This document shows, one piece after another, positions 37,636 to 45,919 of a stretch of 64,000 nt of DNA. The notes below the pieces were generated by a model that saw nothing but the letters and a program-made list of their open reading frames with translations, was not told where the DNA came from and did no database searches. A program made the translations under genes and the position numbers. Each line of letters starts with the position of its first letter. Within the stretch, counting starts at the first letter, position 1. The stretch is taken from the NCBI GenBank assembly GCA_965221695.1, contig OZ244905.1, positions 1,664,001 through 1,728,000 of the forward strand. The letters run 5' to 3'. Source of the DNA: Gammaproteobacteria bacterium. GTDB lineage: Bacteria; Pseudomonadota; Gammaproteobacteria; Eutrophobiales; Eutrophobiaceae.

Positions 37636-38477
37636 TGCGCGATCACCGTCAGCAGGTCGGTCAAATCATCGGGAGCCAGGATCATCGCATCATGATGCGT
37701 GTCCAATGTGAGGTAGCGCCAACGTGTGTCCGCTTTTATCTTTTCTGCTATCTCGATAAATACCGGGTTCGGATTTTGCGTAGACTTGATGTAAATATAT
37801 TCTACGCCGGGCTGGCCAAAAGGTTCCCAATATACCGGCTCCAGGAAGGTCAGCGGCGGATGGGGATGGATAAGCGCACGGGCGTAGTCAAGGTGGTCCG
37901 GAGTAAGGCCCCAGCGCTTCTCCCAGGTATCTTCGGGCGGTGGAAGTACCGGCAGCCCGCTGCCGGCCAGTCGCTCAAAGTCGGCCTTTATCGCCGGGGT
38001 GACGTCACTCACAGCGGTTGCCAGGGACTGGCCGTTTTCTATTACCAGCGCGTCCAGGTATACCGCCTTGGCAACCCGGCCCGTATTTCTCCCCAACACA
38101 CCGGATATCACGATGCCGCCGTAGCTGTGTCCAACCAGTATGATGTCGGCAAGCCGGCGCTCTTCTATCAGGGAGATCACGTCATCAATATGAGAACTCA
38201 GGTTTATCTCTGCCATCGGTATGACGTTATCAGCGCTCATACCCGTGAGCGTTGGCGCGAAAACAACGTGGCCCCGTTGCTCGAGGCGCGTCACGACAGG
38301 GTCCCAGGCCCGGCCTTCATGCCAGGCGCCGTGCACCAGCACGAATGTTTTTGCTTCCGCATGTACTTTGCCGGCGATCACGAGTGGAAGCGCGGAAAGG
38401 CAAAAAATGGTCAGCGCCATGACACACGAAGGCCTGTGATTACGGCATGTCCTGTTGAAATAGTATTGCAGTGTCAT
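37632..38477 (-). CDS. Secreted alpha/beta hydrolase (methylesterase-like)
   Basis: FVLVHGAWH, GHSYGG nucleophile elbow, HHDAM. Confidence 0.9.
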   Translation of the reverse strand: MTLQYYFNRTCRNHRPSCVMALTIFCLSALPLVIAGKVHAEAKTFVLVHGAWHEGRAWDPVVTRLEQRGHVVFAPTLTGMSADNVIPMAEINLSSHIDDVISLIEERRLADIILVGHSYGGIVISGVLGRNTGRVAKAVYLDALVIENGQSLATAVSDVTPAIKADFERLAGSGLPVLPPPEDTWEKRWGLTPDHLDYARALIHPHPPLTFLEPVYWEPFGQPGVEYIYIKSTQNPNPVFIEIAEKIKADTRWRYLTLDTHHDAMILAPDDLTDLLTVIAQ

Positions 38478-39641
38478 CTAGCGCATGAACGGTTTGCTGA
38501 GTTGGACAGTGGCTTCTGCCTCCTCGTACCAACCGGGATAGTAGTAATCATTGGTGTGCAGGTAATATTGTACTCGCAATTGATCGGAGCCTTCAGTAAA
38601 GGTCAGCAGGCGGCTGCTCGGCGGTACGACCAACGGATTATGGCGCTTGCTCAGCGCGGCGGCATTAATGAAAGTGACACCCCATTTCTGCTCCAGGTAG
38701 CCGCGTCCGTCAGTCGAACGCGCCAGGCTCAGGTGCGTGTGCGCACCCAGCCAGACATCAATGGCGCCGGTGTGTTGCTCGAGGTAATGCTCAAATACCT
38801 GCGCATCGGGCTTGTCATCAAGGAAATAAAGATAGGACGCGCCTATGGGCGCGCCGGATGTATTGTACCCATGATAAAGCGGGCGTTTGCTGCCGTCCGC
38901 CTGCGTAGTAAACCCGCCCCATTCACCGGAGGCCGAGGTCGTGTCCTTGAGCATGTGGTGATGCCCGGAGATGATGATCGAATCCGGGTTCTGTTCGACT
39001 TGCTGTTGCCACCAGTTGAAGGTTGCCGAGGTTACCGCGCCGGCCGGATACCCGCCGCGATTGATGGTATCGTCTATCGGACCACGCCCAACCGGAGGAG
39101 GGAAGTCGTTGCGATCTGACATCAACAGGAACAGGATGTTGCCCACCCGGAAGGAATAGCGTTCCCATGAGCCGCTGATCGGATAGGGTCGGCGGCTGGC
39201 ATCGACGCCTGAATGCCGGGTGTTTTCACCTGTCGGGTCAATCCATTTCCTGAACCACCATTGTGTTTGTTCGTCATGCTTGGTGGCATCATGGTTGCCG
39301 GCGATGGAATAAACCTGTTCGCGCCGGTGATATTTCAGCGCCTGGAATTGGCGTACCACTTCTGCCCCTTCCTGGTCCTCCGGCGCTTCAAACCCGCCGG
39401 CAAAATCACCCAGGCACAACGCAATGTCCCAGTCAAAAGCGGGGCTACTGTTGTGCCCTGTCTTACCCGTTTCGCTTTGCCGTAACGCCTCAGCCAGGCT
39501 TTCATAGCCTTCTTCGATATCAGTGCCCACATGAGGGTCAGAAAACACCCATACCTTGAAAGTACGCTCCTCGTCTGCCTGCGCGATGGCAAGCAGCGGC
39601 AAACAGAATACAACAGACAAGCAATACAAGCGCAAGAGCAT
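38478..39641 (-). CDS. Secreted calcineurin-like metallophosphoesterase
   Basis: SDPH, LGD, GNHD, HHH, AHTH motifs; signal peptide. Confidence 0.85.
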   Translation of the reverse strand: MLLRLYCLSVVFCLPLLAIAQADEERTFKVWVFSDPHVGTDIEEGYESLAEALRQSETGKTGHNSSPAFDWDIALCLGDFAGGFEAPEDQEGAEVVRQFQALKYHRREQVYSIAGNHDATKHDEQTQWWFRKWIDPTGENTRHSGVDASRRPYPISGSWERYSFRVGNILFLLMSDRNDFPPPVGRGPIDDTINRGGYPAGAVTSATFNWWQQQVEQNPDSIIISGHHHMLKDTTSASGEWGGFTTQADGSKRPLYHGYNTSGAPIGASYLYFLDDKPDAQVFEHYLEQHTGAIDVWLGAHTHLSLARSTDGRGYLEQKWGVTFINAAALSKRHNPLVVPPSSRLLTFTEGSDQLRVQYYLHTNDYYYPGWYEEAEATVQLSKPFMR

Positions 39642-39675
39642 TATCTGTGATTACCTCCTGGGCGCGGTCAAACTG

Positions 39676-41283
39676 TTACCGGACAAAGGGTTTTTTCCAA
39701 TCCTGGAAATGCTGTTCGAATACCTCATTTTTGCCCCCGTACATCAGTACCGCCTTGGCCGTGCCGCCCTGCCAAACATCGAACTCCGGGTCCGCGTAGG
39801 TTGCAAAGAAACCGCCAAGCTTGTGCGCCAGCATTTCGATAACGTCCTGGTATTGTTCGTTTTCGACCAGGTTCTGTGTTTCTCCGGGATCATTCTGCAG
39901 ATCGTATAACTCATTGGGCCCCGTCAGAAAACGCTGGATATATTTCCACTCGGGTGTGCGCAGCGCGCGCGTCAGAATATATTCGAAATAGACTTCATTC
40001 GACCAATCAGGCTGACGCTCGCCCAACAGTGTGCGCGCGAAACTGCGGCCGGGAGAAGCAGGCACAACGGCATCTTGCAGACCGATATAATCCAGCAGTG
40101 TCGGAAAAACATCGAACTGGTTGACCATCACGTCAGCGGATGCGCCGGACGGAACAGATTGTGGATGCCTGACGATGAAAGGGATGCGCATATTCTGGTC
40201 AAAGGCGACGGTGGGCGCTGCCTGTGAGCTGTTGCCCCACAGGCCATGTTGGCCATATGCTGCGCCTTGGTCTGCGGTAAAAATAACCAGCGTGTTTTGC
40301 GCCAGGCCCTGCGCATCCAGCGCGTCCAGCACTGCGCCGATTCCATCGTCGATCATCGCAGTCTCTGAAGCGACATTGATCATTGCAGTCCTGTTATTCA
40401 ACGCGCTGACCGTTGCCCAGGCGAGGTCCAGCAGCTTGCTGGTATGCGCTGCGGTTTTTTCATCGTCGCGCTTGCCTTCGCCAATACGCCAACCTTGCAA
40501 CAGGTCTCCACCGTTGTTTACGCCCTGCATTAAAAATTCCTTCAGGTAGTCATGGATAGGCTCCTGCGGCATGGATGGGGTATGCGCCTGATAATATGCG
40601 GCATGCCTGTTGTTGGGTTGCTGTAACACCAGCGGCGCCAGGTTATAAGGACCGTTATAGGATAAGTAAAGGAAAAACGGAGTTTTTTGATCAGCTTTTT
40701 CTATGAACTCCAGGGCTTTTTGCGTCCAGAAGTCGGTTAAGTGTATGTTGTCCTGCCGGTATATGTTGCCATTATCGATGATCGTCTCATCATAAAAACC
40801 GGTGGTGTGCCCGCTCGGGAAAGTGACCCAGTAGTCGAAACCCAGTTGCGCCCGGTCTGGTTGGCCCAGGTGATATTTGCCGACCATCGCGGTCTGGTAA
40901 CCGGCGTCAGCCAGGGTTTGCGGTAGATTTTTAAATTCTCCTATAGCCGACCAGTTGTCGATGGCAAAATTCGATGGCAGCCCATTATGCACACCGGTTT
41001 GTGACGGAATTAACCCGGTCAGCAAGGTGGCTCTGGTCGGGGAGCAGACTCCGCTTGCCGCATACGCATGATGAAAAGTCATCCCCTCTGCCGCAAGCCG
41101 GTCCAGGTGAGGCGTTTTAATTTCCCGATTCCCGTAAGGGCCAAGCAACGACGCGTTCAGGTTATCGGCAAGAATAACAATGATGTTCGGCGGAACGTCA
41201 TCCGGCTTTGCGTGGATGACTGCTACCGGCAGCAGCAATATACACGCATATAAGAAGCGGCAGAACCGGGATTTTTGCAGCAT
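39676..41283 (-). CDS. Sulfatase (Cys-type), paralogue of 13854..15458
   Basis: CSPTRATLLTG, GKYHLG, YWVTFPSGHTTGFY. Confidence 0.95.
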   Translation of the reverse strand: MLQKSRFCRFLYACILLLPVAVIHAKPDDVPPNIIVILADNLNASLLGPYGNREIKTPHLDRLAAEGMTFHHAYAASGVCSPTRATLLTGLIPSQTGVHNGLPSNFAIDNWSAIGEFKNLPQTLADAGYQTAMVGKYHLGQPDRAQLGFDYWVTFPSGHTTGFYDETIIDNGNIYRQDNIHLTDFWTQKALEFIEKADQKTPFFLYLSYNGPYNLAPLVLQQPNNRHAAYYQAHTPSMPQEPIHDYLKEFLMQGVNNGGDLLQGWRIGEGKRDDEKTAAHTSKLLDLAWATVSALNNRTAMINVASETAMIDDGIGAVLDALDAQGLAQNTLVIFTADQGAAYGQHGLWGNSSQAAPTVAFDQNMRIPFIVRHPQSVPSGASADVMVNQFDVFPTLLDYIGLQDAVVPASPGRSFARTLLGERQPDWSNEVYFEYILTRALRTPEWKYIQRFLTGPNELYDLQNDPGETQNLVENEQYQDVIEMLAHKLGGFFATYADPEFDVWQGGTAKAVLMYGGKNEVFEQHFQDWKKPFVR

Positions 41284-41352
41284 CTATCGAAACACCCCTC
41301 TCATCACAGCGGCTCGGAGAGCATGTGACGTTAAAATTGCACTGTAGACTCG

Positions 41353-43572
41353 CTAAAAACTCAACTCCAGTTTAACGCCGCCTTCACGTCCGCGTCCGGG
41401 AGTGCCCTGGGCATAACCGAATGGCGCCACAGCCTGAAAATTCAAGGCCTGGTTAAAATAGTCCTTGTCTGTCAGGTTACTCCCGTAGGCCGCGATAGAC
41501 CAGCGTTCGCTTGCGGTGGTGTATTTGACGGTCGCGCTCAGCAGTCCGTAGCTTTCCACATTGATCCTGTTTAACGTGCTTGGGTTGCCGATAAACCCGC
41601 CGGTCCAGCCGTAATCCAACCGGGTATCCACCATCCCGTTGCCCAAATCCTGCGAATACTCGGCGCCGATGTTGTATTTGAAGTTGGGCGCTGTTCCCAG
41701 TTTATCGCCTTTCGTCAGGGTTACACCTTCTTCCACGTCGGTAATTTCCGTATGCATCAATCCCAGGCTGCCATCAAGCTGGAAATTGTCCGCTATCGCC
41801 CAGATAATCTCCGACTCCAAACCATAGGCCTCAGCGCCGGCGGCGCTCTGGACCACGGTCCGATTGGTGCCCTGAATGGAACGGGCAAATTGCAGGTCTT
41901 TGAAGTCCTGGTAGAACACTGTCATGTTCAGGCGCATACGCTGATCCATCAGGTCGCCCCGAAAGCCGATCTCGTACAGGTCGATGGTTTCTTCATCAAA
42001 CGGGGTAAGGCCGTAGTCATTTAACGGCAGGTTATTGCGCACCCGATCATTGATGCCGCCCGACCTGAACCCGCGCGCATACGCTGCGTACAGGAAAATA
42101 TCATCGGTGACTTGCAGTTCCAGGGACGCGCGGCCACTGATGGCTGACCAGGAATGGCTGTTGCTCTCCACCAGGTCGCCACTGTTGCCATTGGGGTCGT
42201 CGCCACGGTATTGCACTGATCTGCCGAGAAAGTTGGTTTCGGTGATGGTGATATCTTTTTCATCCCGGGTCCACCTGATACCGCCGGTGAATGACAACCG
42301 ATCAGTCAGGTCAAAAGTCCCCTGACCGTAGGCCGCATAGCTTTCTAGTTCATGGGGAAGTGTGTAGCGACCGCTGCTAATCGAAGCGCCGGGGACCGGT
42401 ATGCCCGGGTTGAAAACCGCCCCTTGAAAACGGCTGTCGTAGGATTCTTCGTGATAATAGAAAAAACCCGCGACCCAGTTCAGGCGGCTGTTCAATGAGA
42501 CCCCGTTAAGCTGAAGTTCCTGCGACCATATTTCGATATCGCGCTCGACTTCATGATTCTCGAACAGCGTTGCTTCCGTTGCGTCAAAATCATATTGTGA
42601 CTCCACATCCAGCTCCCGATATGTACTGGCGGACTTCACCGAGAGATTATCGGCAACATCCCAGTTCAGGGTGATCGCCGCGCCAAAACTTTGTGTGTCA
42701 TTGTAGGCTTCCAGGGTTGAGCCACTTTTTTCCGTGTCATAAAGCGGATCATCGGTAGGGTCGGTCCCAGCCGCAATCGCTTGTCTTATACCCGGCGAAT
42801 TGGGATTAATGCCCAGTAGCGAATTGGGCGATCCGTTGGTATCTGTATCGCTGTAATCCAATGAGACAAGCACTTCCAATTGATCGCTTGCATCCCAGCG
42901 CAGGTAAGCTCTTACCATGTCCGTCCCGCGGTCACCGAGGTCCTGGCCAAGCGCGTTTTTCTGGTAACCGTCCTGGTTCAGGGTTGCCGCGGATAGGCGC
43001 ACAGCCGCGGTATCGGAGATGGGCAGGTTAACACTGCCTTTCACATCTATACGTTCGTCAGAACCGATGGTCGCCTGGACTTTCCCGGCAAATTCGTCAT
43101 CGGGTTTTTGGGTGATATAACGCACCGCGCCGGCGGTCGCGTTACGACCGAACAGCGTGCCTTGAGGCCCGCGTAACACTTCTATCCGTTCCACATCCAA
43201 CAGGTGCAACAGGGAGCCGTCGCTGCGTCCGTAATAGGCATCGTCGATGTACAGCGCTACGGCCTGTTCCTGGTTAACCGCATTGCGATCAGCGCCCAGT
43301 CCGCGGATGATAATATTGCCGTTATTTGCGCCCAACCCGCCGCCTGCGCCGATGTGCACGTTCGGCAACTTGATGCTGAGTTGTTCCAGATCAGCGACAT
43401 TTTGCGCCTCCAGCGCTTCCGGACCGAAAGCAACCACGGACAGCGGTGTTTCCTGCAAACTTTCTGCGCGTTTACGTGCGGTAACAGTAACTTCTTCCAG
43501 CACGGACTGAGCAGGCACGACATTGCTCAGCAGAAAAGATAAACCGACCAGGACGATAGTTCGGATGTTCAT
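41353..43572 (-). CDS. TonB-dependent receptor
   Basis: LEEVTVTARKR, RIEVLRGPQGTLFGRN, C-terminal F. Confidence 0.95.
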   Translation of the reverse strand: MNIRTIVLVGLSFLLSNVVPAQSVLEEVTVTARKRAESLQETPLSVVAFGPEALEAQNVADLEQLSIKLPNVHIGAGGGLGANNGNIIIRGLGADRNAVNQEQAVALYIDDAYYGRSDGSLLHLLDVERIEVLRGPQGTLFGRNATAGAVRYITQKPDDEFAGKVQATIGSDERIDVKGSVNLPISDTAAVRLSAATLNQDGYQKNALGQDLGDRGTDMVRAYLRWDASDQLEVLVSLDYSDTDTNGSPNSLLGINPNSPGIRQAIAAGTDPTDDPLYDTEKSGSTLEAYNDTQSFGAAITLNWDVADNLSVKSASTYRELDVESQYDFDATEATLFENHEVERDIEIWSQELQLNGVSLNSRLNWVAGFFYYHEESYDSRFQGAVFNPGIPVPGASISSGRYTLPHELESYAAYGQGTFDLTDRLSFTGGIRWTRDEKDITITETNFLGRSVQYRGDDPNGNSGDLVESNSHSWSAISGRASLELQVTDDIFLYAAYARGFRSGGINDRVRNNLPLNDYGLTPFDEETIDLYEIGFRGDLMDQRMRLNMTVFYQDFKDLQFARSIQGTNRTVVQSAAGAEAYGLESEIIWAIADNFQLDGSLGLMHTEITDVEEGVTLTKGDKLGTAPNFKYNIGAEYSQDLGNGMVDTRLDYGWTGGFIGNPSTLNRINVESYGLLSATVKYTTASERWSIAAYGSNLTDKDYFNQALNFQAVAPFGYAQGTPGRGREGGVKLELSF

Positions 43573-43657
43573 TTGTATTGTCTCCCCCGCTAATATTCCA
43601 GCTTACAATCATATTGGATGAAATAAGAGTTTTCTTATTATATGACGCCATTAAATT

Positions 43658-43812
43658 AAGGAACCTCTGATTAAGTCAGAGGTTCCTACGATACAAGGAT
43701 GTATCGTCAATATCAATGACTGTAAGGCATTGATATTGTGAGGAAAACAAAAATCGCATTTTTGTTTTCCGTACTCTGACAAGTCCAGGATGGACTTGTT
43801 CAGAGTTTTCTT
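43658..43812. mobile_element. MITE-like element, family A long copy
   Basis: AAGGAACCTCTGA...TCAGAGTTTTCTT ends with internal hairpins (ACGATAC/GTATCGT, TCAATG/CATTGA, GGAAAACAAAAAT/ATTTTTGTTTTCC); TTAA-type flanks. Confidence 0.8.
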
Positions 43813-43858
43813 AAATTATTATGCCATAATTCCCTTGTTTCCTCGGAGGCGTTAGATT

Positions 43859-44692
43859 TCAATAGTTTCGTAAAAATGACAGGGATGCTGCCGTAAATTC
43901 CGCCGGTTTTTCGATCATGGCCCAGTGGCCGCAGGCCGGAATGATATAGCCCCAGGATCGTTCAATCAGTTCCAGCAACCTGTAAGCGCAGTTCAAGGGC
44001 ACGACTTTGTCCAGTTTGCCGTTTACTACCAGGGTCTTATGGCTGACGCGGGCCATGTATTCATCGTCGTAGTAAAGACCGCCCTGTTCCCGTATCCAGC
44101 CCATCACCGCGTTATAGGCCTGTTTAGTATCCTCCCGTATCGAGAGACTGTGACGATAATTGACGAGTTCGTCATCGAACACGAAGTCCGGATTGGTCAA
44201 ACCGCGCACGATACGGACCATCCCGGCCGTGCTGTAATCGTAATTCATTATCGCTTTCAGTTCCTCGGTGATCGGCGCGCGCACCCCGGCGCTACCCATC
44301 AACACCAGCTTGTTCACCAGGTCCGGACGTTCTATCGCCACTCCCATCGCGGTGCAGCCGCCCATGGAATTACCGATCAGGTTAACTGGAGACAGGCCGA
44401 GCGTCTCGATAACGGCGATGATATGTTCGTTACGCGCTTGCTGGGTGTAGGAATACTCTGACGGATCCGGTTTGTCGGTAAAACCGAAACCGACCATATC
44501 GATGGCGTAGACGTGGAAGCGCTCGGCGAAACCGGCCATACAGCCGCGCCAGTTGCCGAAACTATCAGCGCCGGCGCCGCCGCCATGTAACAGGATCAGC
44601 GCCTCGCCGACGCCCGCCTCGTAATAATGGGTGTTGACCCCGTTAACGTCGATATATCTGTTGGTTGCGCCGGTTATAACTCGCGCCTTCAT
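43859..44692 (-). CDS. carC: Meta-cleavage product hydrolase, CarC-like
   Basis: HGGGAGA..GNW, GNSMGG, WIREQGGLYYD, SWGYIIPACGHWAMIE closely match CarC as I recall it. Confidence 0.8.
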   Translation of the reverse strand: MKARVITGATNRYIDVNGVNTHYYEAGVGEALILLHGGGAGADSFGNWRGCMAGFAERFHVYAIDMVGFGFTDKPDPSEYSYTQQARNEHIIAVIETLGLSPVNLIGNSMGGCTAMGVAIERPDLVNKLVLMGSAGVRAPITEELKAIMNYDYSTAGMVRIVRGLTNPDFVFDDELVNYRHSLSIREDTKQAYNAVMGWIREQGGLYYDDEYMARVSHKTLVVNGKLDKVVPLNCAYRLLELIERSWGYIIPACGHWAMIEKPAEFTAASLSFLRNY

Positions 44693-44701
44693 AGTCTGCT
44701 C

Positions 44702-45919
44702 TCAATTCTGTCTGCGTGGTGTTTGTATGCCACGGGCGTGATTCACGACCAGTTTGCGCCATTCCACGACGAACTGGTCCAGGGAAAACAGGGTTTCCTC
44801 CTCCCAACCCCGCTCATCCTCGTAAAACGGTTCCATCGCTTCTCTGGCAAAGATATCATCGTCATTGAAACCGGACTTCAACGCAAGTTCTTCCCAACAG
44901 TTTTCGTATTGTATCCGGAAGTCCCGGCGATCTTCAGCGGTTTTACAGATTTTTGCTATCACCTGCCAGTAGACATGGTGTTTATCATCCGCCGGGACAT
45001 ACCATTCATACTGGGCCAGTCCATACTGCGGCCAGTTCTCCACGAATAACACTCCGGGCAGATACATCGTGACATTCAGTCCTTCACGGATGGTATTTCC
45101 GTAGGTTTTCACTCCCAAGCGTTTATTTTCAATGACATGCTCCAGTTTGGTGTAATCCAGCCCGATGCCTTTCGGCCAGCCACTGTCTTTGACGAGGATG
45201 GAGTCTTTATCCTTTAATTTTACTGACAAGGGGAAAGAGAGGTTTTGTGATAATAACAAGGGAGACAAACGATGAATCATCACATGACCCGGATCGCCTC
45301 CGCTTTCAGCAGCCAGACGCCAGTTGCCGACACAATGGCGCCGGATACCCAGTAATACCGTGTCTGCATCGAGCAAATATGCGGTCCTGTGTTGATAGTC
45401 ATCGGCAACACGATGCGGCAAATCGTATTCCAGTGGCTGTCTCGGGTAGTCTTCATCACCGACAAAAATGAAAATCATCCCGTTTACTTCCTCTACCGGG
45501 TAGGTACGCAAGGATATTTTCCCGATTAACGGGTCATCCTGCGATGCGATAATGTCGCTCAGAGCGCCGCTCTCGAGGTCATAGGTAAACCCGTGGTACC
45601 AGCACGATATGGTGTCCCTGGTCAGACAGGTGGGGCGAGCGGAAAGCCGCACACCACGGTGTAAACATTCATCCTGCAATGCGTAGACCTTACCGTTGGC
45701 GCGGCGCAACGCGATATATTCACCTGCAATCTGCACCCCCACTACATCATCATCCTTGATTTCATGGCTGAACAAGGCCGGATACCAGTGGTTTTTTATA
45801 CCCCATCTGGCATCGATGTAGGACTGCAGAAATTTTAACGGTTTACGGTTCCTGGAATGATCGGGACACATGTTCTGTGACGATTTAACCGGATATTGAA
45901 ATCTCCAGTCTCTATTCAA
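44702..45919 (-). CDS. Rieske oxygenase, CarAa/OxoO (alpha3) family (start probably 45871)
   Basis: NHWYPALFSHE, CLHRG...CWYHG Rieske site, DPGHVMIH, QYEWYVP, GFNDDDIFAREAM. Confidence 0.9.
   Translation of the reverse strand: MNRDWRFQYPVKSSQNMCPDHSRNRKPLKFLQSYIDARWGIKNHWYPALFSHEIKDDDVVGVQIAGEYIALRRANGKVYALQDECLHRGVRLSARPTCLTRDTISCWYHGFTYDLESGALSDIIASQDDPLIGKISLRTYPVEEVNGMIFIFVGDEDYPRQPLEYDLPHRVADDYQHRTAYLLDADTVLLGIRRHCVGNWRLAAESGGDPGHVMIHRLSPLLLSQNLSFPLSVKLKDKDSILVKDSGWPKGIGLDYTKLEHVIENKRLGVKTYGNTIREGLNVTMYLPGVLFVENWPQYGLAQYEWYVPADDKHHVYWQVIAKICKTAEDRRDFRIQYENCWEELALKSGFNDDDIFAREAMEPFYEDERGWEEETLFSLDQFVVEWRKLVVNHARGIQTPRRQN

Noticed and set aside
37635-39119. 494-aa plus-strand ORF
   Set aside because: Antisense shadow of two motif-supported minus-strand hydrolases; no recognisable motifs.
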